The translations under genes were made by a program, and so were the position numbers. The notes below the pieces were generated by a model that was not told where the DNA came from, ran no database searches, and worked only from the letters and a program-made list of their open reading frames with translations. Below, piece after piece: positions 18,507-29,740 of a DNA stretch of 64,000 nucleotides (position 1 is its first letter; each line of letters opens with the position of its first letter). Source of the stretch: Oceanispirochaeta sp. (lineage in GTDB: Bacteria; Spirochaetota; Spirochaetia; DSM-2461); contig CAXXOA010000001.1 of NCBI GenBank assembly GCA_963666275.2, forward strand, positions 2,368,001 through 2,432,000. The letters are read 5' to 3'.

Positions 18507-19215
18507 AATCTTCCAGTATCAGATGGTAGAGCCTGTGTTCCAGATCATAGAACGCCTGGTTCTCCATATGTCGGGCCCCGGGAGAACAGGGATTGAGAAA
18601 ATCCTCCCTGACCTTCAGGGGCGGTCCCTGAAGCAGGATAATCCTGTCCCCCATCAGAATAGCCTCTCTCACATCATGGGTTACCAGAATGGTTCTTGTC
18701 TGCCTCTGTTTCAGTATTTTCAGAATCAGCTGAATCAGTGGAATTTTCATCTTAAGATCCAATCCCTTGAAAGGTTCATCCATCAGGAGCAGCTCCGCTT
18801 CACTGACAAAGGACCTGGCCAGGGACACCCGCTGCTCCATTCCTCCGCTGAGCTCACCGGGCAGGGCTCTCTCAAACTCTTTCAAACCCACAAGATCCAG
18901 AATCCGGGAGGTCCTTCCGGCTTTTTCTTCTCCATCCATTCCGGAGGGAAGAGCAAAGGCGACATTTTCATGAACACTCTTCCAGGGAAGAAGCCGGGGC
19001 TTCTGAAACAGGTAGCTCTGATTGTCACTGTAGGGATTGAGAACTTGTCCCTTCCCGGGGGACCTAAGCCCAGCCGCCAGGTTCAGCAGAGAGGTTTTGC
19101 CGCAGCCTGAAGGCCCCAGGAACACTGTAATTCCCGGCGTATCCAGCTGAAGGGAAAAATCCTCTACAACGGTCAGATCCCCGTAGGAAAAAGAGAGATT
19201 CTTCCACTCAACCAC
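18493..19215 (-). CDS. ABC transporter ATP-binding protein (SsuB/TauB-like)
   Basis: GPSGCGKT, LSGGMEQR, LLMDEPF and VTHD motifs; GTG start at 19215 after AAGGAG. Confidence 0.9.
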   Translation of the reverse strand: MVEWKNLSFSYGDLTVVEDFSLQLDTPGITVFLGPSGCGKTSLLNLAAGLRSPGKGQVLNPYSDNQSYLFQKPRLLPWKSVHENVAFALPSGMDGEEKAGRTSRILDLVGLKEFERALPGELSGGMEQRVSLARSFVSEAELLLMDEPFKGLDLKMKIPLIQLILKILKQRQTRTILVTHDVREAILMGDRIILLQGPPLKVREDFLNPCSPGARHMENQAFYDLEHRLYHLILEDSTEA

Positions 19216-19960
19216 GATGGTGGACTCCTTTTTTTTCAAGAATGCCCAGAATCCCTTCAAACAGGGCGGACAGAAGAACAATAAGAATCGTCCAGGCAAA
19301 AAGCACTGGCGTATCCAGCTGGAACTGAGCGGCCTGCATGGATGTGCCCATACCCTTCTCAGGCATACTGAGGATTTCCGCAGCCACCACAGATTTCCAG
19401 GTCAGCCCCAGACCTGTGGACATGGCGTTTCCCACATAGGGAAGCATCGAGGGAAGATAGATCATTTTAAAGATCTCCCCCGGCGTCTTCCTGTAGATAC
19501 GGGCCATTTCAAGCAGGTCCCGGTCTATCCGGGAGACCCCTGATGCCACACTGCCTGTGAGCAGGGGAAAGACCACAAGAAAACAGATAAAAACAGGAAC
19601 AAGCTCTGTTCTGAACCAGATGATCGCCAGGAGTATAAGGGAGAGAACCGGAATCGAACGGATACTAATAAGGAGAGGATTTAAAAACCATCGGAACCGT
19701 CTGCTGAGCCCCGCTGCCACGCCGCAGAGGACTCCCAGGATAAAGGAGAGGGCAAACCCGGAAAGGCCTCTTACAAGGGTGGGAATAACCTGAGGAAAAA
19801 CCTCTCTGCCCCTGAACAGCAGGAGCACCTGCAGAAAAACCTCTTCCGGCGGCGGAAGGATAATCTGCCGTCCGATCAGAAGAGAGAGGACTTTCCAGAC
19901 CGCCAGATACAGCAGTATGGAAATCGCCGTAGTTTTGAGACGGTCTTTTGATTCAGGCAT
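19208..19960 (-). CDS. ABC transporter permease (SsuC/TauC-like)
   Basis: LPPPEEV, multiple TM helices, WKSVVAAE motif. Confidence 0.9.
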   Translation of the reverse strand: MPESKDRLKTTAISILLYLAVWKVLSLLIGRQIILPPPEEVFLQVLLLFRGREVFPQVIPTLVRGLSGFALSFILGVLCGVAAGLSRRFRWFLNPLLISIRSIPVLSLILLAIIWFRTELVPVFICFLVVFPLLTGSVASGVSRIDRDLLEMARIYRKTPGEIFKMIYLPSMLPYVGNAMSTGLGLTWKSVVAAEILSMPEKGMGTSMQAAQFQLDTPVLFAWTILIVLLSALFEGILGILEKKGVHHRG

Positions 19961-20937
19961 TATTTCAGATAGAGTGTCTCATCGGGCAGAGATCCGCCCA
20001 GAGCCGCAGGATTGATCCTGAACACCTCGGAAAAATAGGGATCTGCTGATTCCATGGCTTCCATTCCAGTCAGAAAAGTATAGTTGCTGTTGGGGATAGC
20101 CTTCTCCACAACCGGCTGGGGCAGGAGGAATCCGTGCTCTCCGATCAGGACAGAAGCTTCAGAGGGGTTCTCTTTAACCCAGTTGATAGAGTCTTCCATG
20201 GCCATCATGATCTCATCGGTCAAAACAGGATTCGCCTCTTCAAAGGCTGAGTTCACAACCATTACGGTGATGGGGAAAATATCTTTTTCAGGATAGGTCT
20301 CTTCCCAGAGAAGCTGAAGATCCGCCGCAAAGTGGAGATCGCTGTTTTTTGTCACAGCCATGGTTGCCAGAGGCTCGGGAAGAACAGCCACGTCAACGAC
20401 TCCACCGATCAGGGCTTTTGCCAGATCACTGGGATTAAAACTGTAATCCATATCAATCTTAAGATCATTGGTATCAGAAAGGAGCTGCATAATAAGATCG
20501 GGAGTGGTATTCTTTCCCGGGATATGGAGAGTCCTGTTTTCAAGCTGCTTCAGGGTCAGAGTTCCCGCTGATCTGGGGGCTACCAGATAGAGATTTCCCA
20601 GTCCGGTTACAGCGGCAAGCTTGTAGGGAATCCCTTTATTGTGAAGGATAGCAGCCATATTCGCCGGAAGGGCGGCAAAGTCCCACTCTTCATTGATAAG
20701 CTGTCCCAGAAGAACCTTCGGAGCCCCGACGGCCAGGGTTTCCACCGTAATATCTCTGTCCTGAAGGGGAGGATTTTCCATAAGCTGAATCATTCCGATT
20801 CCGGAGGGGCCGTTCAGTACAGCAACTTTTACAGGGCGGCCGGGATTTTCCGGCTGTGCCGGTTCTTTACTTCCCGAGGCGGCAAGGGATGCAGCGGTCA
20901 AAGCCAGTACCATCAGTATGAGGATTGTTTTTTTCAT
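19960..20937 (-). CDS. ABC transporter substrate-binding protein (NMT1/SsuA/MqnA-D-like)
   Basis: Spirochete-type signal (..LAASGSKE); NGPSGIG and VLPEP motifs; first gene of the ABC operon. Confidence 0.85.
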   Translation of the reverse strand: MKKTILILMVLALTAASLAASGSKEPAQPENPGRPVKVAVLNGPSGIGMIQLMENPPLQDRDITVETLAVGAPKVLLGQLINEEWDFAALPANMAAILHNKGIPYKLAAVTGLGNLYLVAPRSAGTLTLKQLENRTLHIPGKNTTPDLIMQLLSDTNDLKIDMDYSFNPSDLAKALIGGVVDVAVLPEPLATMAVTKNSDLHFAADLQLLWEETYPEKDIFPITVMVVNSAFEEANPVLTDEIMMAMEDSINWVKENPSEASVLIGEHGFLLPQPVVEKAIPNSNYTFLTGMEAMESADPYFSEVFRINPAALGGSLPDETLYLK

Positions 20938-21107
20938 TTTTGCAACTCCTTCCCGTCAGATCACTACCCGTCTTCAAGCAGAAACATGGTGATACATCCT
21001 CAGGGGTAGATAATTTTTTATCAATTTATGCTGAATGGCCCAATAAGTCAAGATTTGTCAAACACTGCAGCAGCTGTTATACTCCCTTTTACAGGGAGTA
21101 ATCCGCC

Positions 21108-21725
21108 ATGTTCCTAACCTATAGCCTCTACAGAATTCTTATAGATCCCATGCTCAAAACCCTGCGGAAGGGCATGAAAGAGAGGATCTCTCCTCAAAAG
21201 GATATCATTGATTTTGCCTGCGGTACAGGGGATTTTCTCTTCACCCTAAGCGGGATATGCCGCCGCTGTACAGGAGTGGATCTCAACAGTTCAATGATTG
21301 AAAAGATAAGGAAAAAGAAAAACAACGGGCCCTATGAACATCTTGAATTTTATGCCGCCCACGGGGAAGATCTGTCTTTTATCAAAGATCAGGAGTACGA
21401 TTATGCCACGATCTCCCTGGCCCTCCACGAGATGCCCCTGTCCATGCGGCTGCCCGTACTGAATGAGATGAAAAGGACAGCCCGGACCCTGATCATTGCG
21501 GACTATTCCCATCCTCTTCCTCGCAATACAGAGGGCACTATTATAAGAATCATCGAAAGGCTTGCCGGAAAAGACCATTTTGCCGGGTTTCAATCCTTTC
21601 ATAGAAACAGAGGTTTAAAGCCCCTGACGGATCAGGCGGGGCTTATTGTAGAAAAAGAGATCCCCCTGATGGGCGGAACAATCACGATCATGGAGTGCCG
21701 CGCCTCATCTGCTAGTCAAAATTGA
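21108..21725 (+). CDS. Class I SAM-dependent methyltransferase
   Basis: IDFACGTG, GVDLN and ISLALHEM motifs. Confidence 0.88.
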   Translation: MFLTYSLYRILIDPMLKTLRKGMKERISPQKDIIDFACGTGDFLFTLSGICRRCTGVDLNSSMIEKIRKKKNNGPYEHLEFYAAHGEDLSFIKDQEYDYATISLALHEMPLSMRLPVLNEMKRTARTLIIADYSHPLPRNTEGTIIRIIERLAGKDHFAGFQSFHRNRGLKPLTDQAGLIVEKEIPLMGGTITIMECRASSASQN

Positions 21726-21779
21726 AAGGCTTTTCTATAATAGCCCTGATTGATCTAAACAACCCACAGGAGATGAACA

Positions 21780-22055
21780 ATGGAGTGGAGAGCCAGCCAT
21801 ATTCTTGTAAAAGATAGAAATTTAGCCAATGAACTTCTGAAAAGATGCAAACAGGGAGGAAACTTTGCCGCACTTGCCAAAGAGTTCTCCACCTGCCCCA
21901 GCAAATCCAAGGGAGGAGATCTGGGCTGGTTCGGTCCGGGCAAGATGGTCCCTGCATTTGAAGATGCCTGTAAAAGGATGTCGCCGGGAAGCTACAGCCA
22001 GGTTGTCCAGACTCAGTTCGGTTACCATATAATAAAATTGACAGGACGCCGATAG
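21780..22055 (+). CDS. ppiC: Parvulin peptidyl-prolyl isomerase
   Basis: ASHILVK, FSTCPS..KGGDLG, MVPAFE and TQFGYHII motifs. Confidence 0.92.
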   Translation: MEWRASHILVKDRNLANELLKRCKQGGNFAALAKEFSTCPSKSKGGDLGWFGPGKMVPAFEDACKRMSPGSYSQVVQTQFGYHIIKLTGRR

Positions 22056-22059
22056 TTTT

Positions 22060-24081
<2,022 letters not shown>

Positions 24082-24137
24082 TTAAGTTCATTATAGCAAA
24101 GATTGCTTTCATATTATAAATAAAAAACAATGACTTC

Positions 24138-25022
24138 CTATTTTTTTTCTTTCAGAGAGTTGATAAAACCGCCTGCCAGTACAAGAGCGAGGGCAATCCC
24201 GTAGGAAGGTCTGAAGGCCTCATTAAAAAAGAGGACAAGATAGACCGAGGAGAGGACCGGAGAAATATAGATAAAAGGTGCGGCAAAGGAGGGGGAAGTC
24301 TCTCTGAGGGCCACGATCCAGAAATAATAGGAAATACCATTTACAAGAATCCCGTTAAGCAGTACGGGCAGCAGTTCGCTTCCATAGGGAACTTCCCATC
24401 CCGAAAAGAAGATCATGGAAAAAAAAGCGGAAACAGCCGCTGTGAGAAAATACACTGTATTGGCAGCCAGAGGATCCAGGGCCACCCTTCCTCCCAGAAC
24501 GGAAAAAAGGGCAAAACAGAGCGCTCCCAGAGCCACAAGGAGAAACACTGTGATATTATCAAAACGGATGCTACCGATCTTACCGCCTGTCAGTACGATG
24601 ATGACACCCAGAAATCCCAGAACCAGGGAAGCCGCTTTTTTCACTGTCATTTTCTCTCTGCCAATAAAGAGAGAAAGCAGGACGATAAGAATCGGCCAGG
24701 TATACTGAATAACCAGGACTTCCATCCCCCGGCCGACGGCATATCCCAGATAGAGGAACAGGTAGTAGATATAGGTTCCCAGAAGGCCCAGGAAGACAAG
24801 GTACAGCCAGTCTTTTATCCTTAATCCGGCCAGTTCCGATAAAGTCCCTTTCCCCAGAGAAGAGAAAAGCAGGACGAAAAATGAAACAAGGCTGGACCAG
24901 AAAAGGAATTGATGATTGTCCAGATGGGATTGCCCCAGTTTTGAAACCACCGGAATGAGAGCCCAGGCTCCTACGCATAAAAAAATGAATATTGTCCCTT
25001 TGAGACGGTTTTTATAGATCAT
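24138..25022 (-). CDS. DMT/EamA family transporter
   Basis: About 10 TM helices with internal duplication; YTWPI motif. Confidence 0.85.
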   Translation of the reverse strand: MIYKNRLKGTIFIFLCVGAWALIPVVSKLGQSHLDNHQFLFWSSLVSFFVLLFSSLGKGTLSELAGLRIKDWLYLVFLGLLGTYIYYLFLYLGYAVGRGMEVLVIQYTWPILIVLLSLFIGREKMTVKKAASLVLGFLGVIIVLTGGKIGSIRFDNITVFLLVALGALCFALFSVLGGRVALDPLAANTVYFLTAAVSAFFSMIFFSGWEVPYGSELLPVLLNGILVNGISYYFWIVALRETSPSFAAPFIYISPVLSSVYLVLFFNEAFRPSYGIALALVLAGGFINSLKEKK

Positions 25023-25065
25023 GAGACTCCAGTCCTGCTTTTATTCTGATGAGAGATCTGTAGGG

Positions 25066-26049
25066 TTACCGGGAAAGTCCATCCACAATCCGTCGGGTGT
25101 TATACCTCAGAAAATCAATGTAATTATCCGCAGATCCTCCGGCCTCTGTCAATGAACCGGTCAGGAGGGTTTCTACATAGATGTCATCCCCGATTTCCTT
25201 TTCCAGAGCATTTGTAAGCTTCCTTATATCTGCCCCGGCGGTAGAACCGATGAATATGGTCCTGATATGTCTCTCCTTCAGCAGATGCACAAGATCAGAG
25301 AGATGGCGGGCGGAGGTTTCAGAACTGGTGCTCAGATTGGGCATAATTGTTCCGGCCACTTCAAAGCCATAGAGGTCGGCATAGTATCCCAGGGCATCAT
25401 GGTCTGTGATCAGCACCTTTTTCCCCCGGGGAAGGGTTTCCAGACTGTCTTCGATTTCATTGTGAAGGGAACGGAGTTTTTCTGCATAAAGAGCGCCGTT
25501 TCGCTGATACACAGAGGCATGGGAAGGATCCGCTTCCGACAGGACTTCCACAATAACCTGAGTCCACTGGATAACATTGAACGGAGACATCCAGGTATGG
25601 GGATCAACACCTCCATGGTCATGACCGTTATGCTCCTCATCATCCCCTTCTCCGGCATGTTCATCTTCCTCTTCCATTTCATGGGAATCCTGATGTTCCA
25701 GATCTATATGCTCTGAAATTTCGATGATCTGTCCAGTGCTTACATTTTCAAGGATCCTGACCAGTCCTTCTTCCAGATCAAATCCGTTAAGGAAAAGGAT
25801 ATCCGCTTTTTCCACCGCCGCCATATCCCGGGGAGTGGGTTCATAGCTATGGGGGTCCTGACCCGGTATAATCAGCCCTTTCACATCAGCCGCATCTCCC
25901 GATACCTGCTGTACAACATCATTAATAATGGAAGTGGATGTCACAATAGAGAGTCTCTCTGTATCCGCTTTTTCACTCTGTCCCGCTGCTGAAAGGATTG
26001 CGCCGCTCAAGAGCAGTCCTGTCAGAATATTTACAACTATTTTTTTCAT
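25066..26049 (-). CDS. Metal (Zn/Mn) ABC transporter substrate-binding protein, ZnuA/TroA family
   Basis: DPHSYEPTP, His/Glu-rich loop, DPHTW and HDALGY motifs. Confidence 0.9.
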   Translation of the reverse strand: MKKIVVNILTGLLLSGAILSAAGQSEKADTERLSIVTSTSIINDVVQQVSGDAADVKGLIIPGQDPHSYEPTPRDMAAVEKADILFLNGFDLEEGLVRILENVSTGQIIEISEHIDLEHQDSHEMEEEDEHAGEGDDEEHNGHDHGGVDPHTWMSPFNVIQWTQVIVEVLSEADPSHASVYQRNGALYAEKLRSLHNEIEDSLETLPRGKKVLITDHDALGYYADLYGFEVAGTIMPNLSTSSETSARHLSDLVHLLKERHIRTIFIGSTAGADIRKLTNALEKEIGDDIYVETLLTGSLTEAGGSADNYIDFLRYNTRRIVDGLSR

Positions 26050-26439
26050 CTATAACTCTCCCTGAGTATTTCTGCAGTCACTGCAGAGTCCTTTTAAAAT
26101 AAGCTGGTGCTCCAGCACCAGAAATCCTGTCTCTTTTTCAAGAGATTCCACAGACTTGTCCACGGGACAGAGGCCTGCGGAGAAAAATGAATGACACTCC
26201 TGACAGTGCAGATAGGATTCATGATTCGCCTTTTTCAGATAGAAGTACCTCTCAATTCCTCTTTTGTCACATTCAAAAACAAAAGATTCAATAAATCCAT
26301 TCTGTTCCAGATAGTCCAGCCCCCTGTATACGGTTGCCAGATCCATGGGATGTTCCAGCTCCCTATATATCTGCGAGGCATTCAGGGGAACTGAAGATGT
26401 ATCAATCAACTTCAGAAGTTCTTTTCGTTTTTCTGTCAT
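26050..26439 (-). CDS. Fur-family regulator, probably Zur
   Basis: LATVYRGL HTH; CQEC and CSDC zinc sites; directly upstream of the metal SBP. Confidence 0.85.
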   Translation of the reverse strand: MTEKRKELLKLIDTSSVPLNASQIYRELEHPMDLATVYRGLDYLEQNGFIESFVFECDKRGIERYFYLKKANHESYLHCQECHSFFSAGLCPVDKSVESLEKETGFLVLEHQLILKGLCSDCRNTQGEL

Positions 26440-26470
26440 AGTTACCAATATAATCATAGAAGAGTAAAAA

Positions 26471-26485
26471 TGCAAATGGTTTGCA
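26471..26485. promoter_or_regulatory. Candidate Fur/Zur operator
   Basis: Palindrome TGCAAA-TGG-TTTGCA overlapping the -35 (TTGCAT) of the fur/zur promoter. Confidence 0.6.
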
Positions 26486-26610
26486 GAAATATTTAATAGT
26501 TTTTTTGTATTATTTAAAAGAGGAACTATAATTGTAAATAGAGGATCTCAGATGTGGCAGACAGGCTATTTATATCATACACAATAAGATGGGATCCCCG
26601 GGAGATTAAA

Positions 26611-27291
26611 ATGTTAACAAATCAAACAGCTTTAAAGACAGCTTACATCCTTTTTTTCCTAGCGATCCTGACCGGTTTTATCCTTCAGGCGGAAAACAGT
26701 ATTACCTATCTGGAAGGAGATGTGTTCATAATCAGAGAAAATGAAGAGATTTTTGCTGATTTCGGTACAGAACTTCTTGAAAAAGACAGCATTCAAACCG
26801 GAGAGGACGGCCTTGTCATTATTGATCTGGACGGAAGCAGAACACTGAAAATGAAGGAAAACTCCTTTATGGTACTCACTGAAACCGGCAATACAACAAG
26901 CTTGGATCTGAACAGGGGGAGCCTTTTCAGCAAAGTCAGTAAATTAGGGGGAACCTCCTCATTTTCCGTACGGACCGAATCGGTTGTCGCCGGAGTAAGG
27001 GGCACAGAATTTTTTATTGCTTTCGGCAATACTGTTGAGGAGAATCCGGACATATGGCTCTGTGTGAACGAGGGGACAGTGGAAGTGGCCCTGACTGAAA
27101 CGGATGAGTCGGTCCTTGTCAATCAGGGTGAGGGAATAACTATTCCCGGAGGCAGCAGGCTGACCGATCCCCGGTACTATGAATGGACAGAGGATCTGAA
27201 CTGGAATACCGACCCGGACTCCGGCCCGGTGGAAGACAGAACCAGCCTGGAAGGGCTCTACAGTGATCTTCTTGATCAGGACTATTTCTAA
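26611..27291 (+). CDS. FecR-domain exported protein
   Basis: Signal/TM; IQTGEDG and VAGVRGTEF motifs; ATG 26611 after GGAG. Confidence 0.82.
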   Translation: MLTNQTALKTAYILFFLAILTGFILQAENSITYLEGDVFIIRENEEIFADFGTELLEKDSIQTGEDGLVIIDLDGSRTLKMKENSFMVLTETGNTTSLDLNRGSLFSKVSKLGGTSSFSVRTESVVAGVRGTEFFIAFGNTVEENPDIWLCVNEGTVEVALTETDESVLVNQGEGITIPGGSRLTDPRYYEWTEDLNWNTDPDSGPVEDRTSLEGLYSDLLDQDYF

Positions 27292-28058
27292 TGAAAAAAT
27301 CTTTTTTCTTTCTGACCATAGCTGTTTTGTGGAATCTTTCCCTATCAGCGGATCATCATACAGCAGGGTCCCTGGAGGAATCCCCTTTCAATACGGGTAC
27401 ACGGCTGATGTTTCTGGGAGATCTGGGAAAAGTCGATCTGACAGCGGAAGTCCTGGGTTCCTACAGAGGAGACGACCCTTTCCGGCTCTCCCTCACTACG
27501 GGCGGCTATTACAGGATTCATAAAAATCTGAAAGCCGGCGTATTCCACACCCTTCAGCAAGGGGTTCTCCATGATGAAGACTGGGAAGTTTCCGATGGAG
27601 AATGGTCCTGGGCTGATATTTCCGGCCGCTATGAACAGGTCCTGACGGCTGATTTGACTCCCCGCTTCCTACTCCCCGGAATCCCGGGAAGGAACTGGGT
27701 GTTTGCCCTGAAAAACAGATACGGCTACAATTTCTACAATGAACAGCAGACCTATCTTCTCCAGCCCGGACTCACCTGGTTCCTTATGAAAAACCGTTCC
27801 CCTCTTATCAGTGCGAACGGATCCTACGGATTCTATTTCCCTTTAAATTTTTCAGAAAGCATTCTTTACAAACAGGGGCCATGGGTTAGTATCATATACC
27901 ATATGAACCCCACCCTAAAGCTGGAGCTCCGGGGAAGCTATCTCCGGACCAACTGGACAGTCCGGAAGCCCGATGGGACGGAATGGGAAAAAATAAGTGT
28001 GGAAACAGACTCATGGGAGGTTCTTCTGGGGCTGATATGGACCCCTTTCCCCGGATAG
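27291..28058 (+). CDS. Exported protein, probable beta-barrel OMP
   Basis: Signal peptide; aromatic-rich amphipathic strands; coupled to the FecR gene. Confidence 0.6.
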   Translation: MKKSFFFLTIAVLWNLSLSADHHTAGSLEESPFNTGTRLMFLGDLGKVDLTAEVLGSYRGDDPFRLSLTTGGYYRIHKNLKAGVFHTLQQGVLHDEDWEVSDGEWSWADISGRYEQVLTADLTPRFLLPGIPGRNWVFALKNRYGYNFYNEQQTYLLQPGLTWFLMKNRSPLISANGSYGFYFPLNFSESILYKQGPWVSIIYHMNPTLKLELRGSYLRTNWTVRKPDGTEWEKISVETDSWEVLLGLIWTPFPG

Positions 28059-28072
28059 ATTAAAATACAGGG

Positions 28073-29116
28073 ATGAATCAAGGAACACTCCTGGTTATAG
28101 GAAACCAGGCAGGAGATCTGGACAGTACGGTATGCACTTTCTGCGAAGCGGTTCTCCAGTCCCGGCTCCATCCTGAAATGGAAACAATAGCTCTGTATGC
28201 CAGACCCTCATCCCAATGGTATCTGACACCCGAAATTCAGGCTGTTTTCCATTATGTCCGTATAAATACAGAGGCTTTCCAGTCTCTCTCCAGTTCTGAA
28301 GGACAGCAACTGATCCGAAAATCCTCCAGCCGTTTTTTTCTGGTGGATCATAACCGGCCCGAATGGGAGATATCCGAACAGGATGTAGCGGGAATGATCG
28401 ATCATCATCAGGACAGCAGTTTCGCACCCGATGCAAGCCCCCGGATTGTCCGGGAGACAGGATCCTGTGCCAGCCTCATCTGCCGCCAATTCCGGAGTGC
28501 CGGACTGGAAATGACAAGAACCGAGGCCCTCCTTCTGGGGGCTGCCATTATTATTGATACAGGAGATTTCAATCCGGAATGGGATAAAACCAGAGATATA
28601 GACAGGGAGGAATTCCGGAGCCTCCAGAAGTATATTTCAGAAAAAGATCTGAAATTCCTGAAATCCCTCTCAGCCATTAAACAGGATCTTTCGGACCTGT
28701 CATTCCGGGATCTGCTGATCCGGGACTATAAGGAAATCCCCGCGGATTCTCTGAAAGCAGGGATCTGCTCGATCCCGGTTGATCAGAAAAAGCTCTTTGA
28801 CCGGAACCTGTACTCCCGCAAAGACCTTGAGAGTTTTTTTAAAGAGAAATCACTGGATCTCCTTATCATTATGCACTCCCGTCAGCATCCTTTCAGACGG
28901 GAATTATCACTCTACTGTCCGGATGATCCGGCCTTACTGAATGCGCTGGAAGCGGCCTTTCCTGAAATAAAAGAGATGGACTGCGCTCCCGGTATCAGAA
29001 AAAAGGACAGGCCCGGTTGGGTTTTTTTCCCGGGAATGGCCCCCTTTTGTTCCCGGAAAAAAGCTTTACCTCTAATTCATGGATTTCTTAACCGTCATGA
29101 ATTGAAAAAAACATAG
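28073..29116 (+). CDS. DHH-family phosphoesterase, PPX1/Prune-like
   Basis: GNQAGDLDS, LVDHN, IDHH, GSCASL, IIIDT and RDYKE motifs. Confidence 0.82.
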   Translation: MNQGTLLVIGNQAGDLDSTVCTFCEAVLQSRLHPEMETIALYARPSSQWYLTPEIQAVFHYVRINTEAFQSLSSSEGQQLIRKSSSRFFLVDHNRPEWEISEQDVAGMIDHHQDSSFAPDASPRIVRETGSCASLICRQFRSAGLEMTRTEALLLGAAIIIDTGDFNPEWDKTRDIDREEFRSLQKYISEKDLKFLKSLSAIKQDLSDLSFRDLLIRDYKEIPADSLKAGICSIPVDQKKLFDRNLYSRKDLESFFKEKSLDLLIIMHSRQHPFRRELSLYCPDDPALLNALEAAFPEIKEMDCAPGIRKKDRPGWVFFPGMAPFCSRKKALPLIHGFLNRHELKKT

Positions 29117-29125
29117 TTCGCGTCT

Positions 29126-29740
29126 ATGATAGTTCAGGTGAATAAAGCCAAAGACCAAGCATATAAAAAACTTATCAGCAGTTCAGATCCAACTGAATAT
29201 ATAGACCTCTCTCTCACCCTGCCCCTTTCGGCCTATGAGAAAAGTCTGGCTGCCAGAGAGTGGATGAAGGAGACAGGATACACCCTGAAGGATATTCAGT
29301 ATGCCCGTAACCGCCATCCCTACTGGAAGAAGCGCAAATGCGCCGGAGCCGGGATAAGATCCCGCAGAAGAAACGCCCAATACACCAAGAATACCAAGAC
29401 AAGACTCGGTGAAAAAGAGATTATTGAATTTGTAGAGCTCAATAAAAAAGACAGAAGCGGTCAGTACATGAAAAAGGATTATGAACTGGCCAGACATTTC
29501 AAACTGTCCATTTACGGAGTCCAGCATCTCAGAAGGAAGCTCAATAAAATCTACAGAATATTCAATCTTATGAAAGTCAAACCCGAGAAAAAGATCATAT
29601 TTGAATATATGGCCTATTCGGAAAAACGATTGCATACCCTGTACCTCAAGGAAAAGGGACTTCAGACAAATCAGCAATCTGAGAATCCCCGGAAAAAGAT
29701 AAAGGAAATACCCACATGGGACCAACTCTGGAAAGAATAA
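29126..29740 (+). CDS. Hypothetical highly basic protein
   Basis: Lys/Arg-rich ORF co-oriented within the apparent operon; HTH-like DYELARHFKLSIYGVQHLRRK. Confidence 0.7.
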   Translation: MIVQVNKAKDQAYKKLISSSDPTEYIDLSLTLPLSAYEKSLAAREWMKETGYTLKDIQYARNRHPYWKKRKCAGAGIRSRRRNAQYTKNTKTRLGEKEIIEFVELNKKDRSGQYMKKDYELARHFKLSIYGVQHLRRKLNKIYRIFNLMKVKPEKKIIFEYMAYSEKRLHTLYLKEKGLQTNQQSENPRKKIKEIPTWDQLWKE

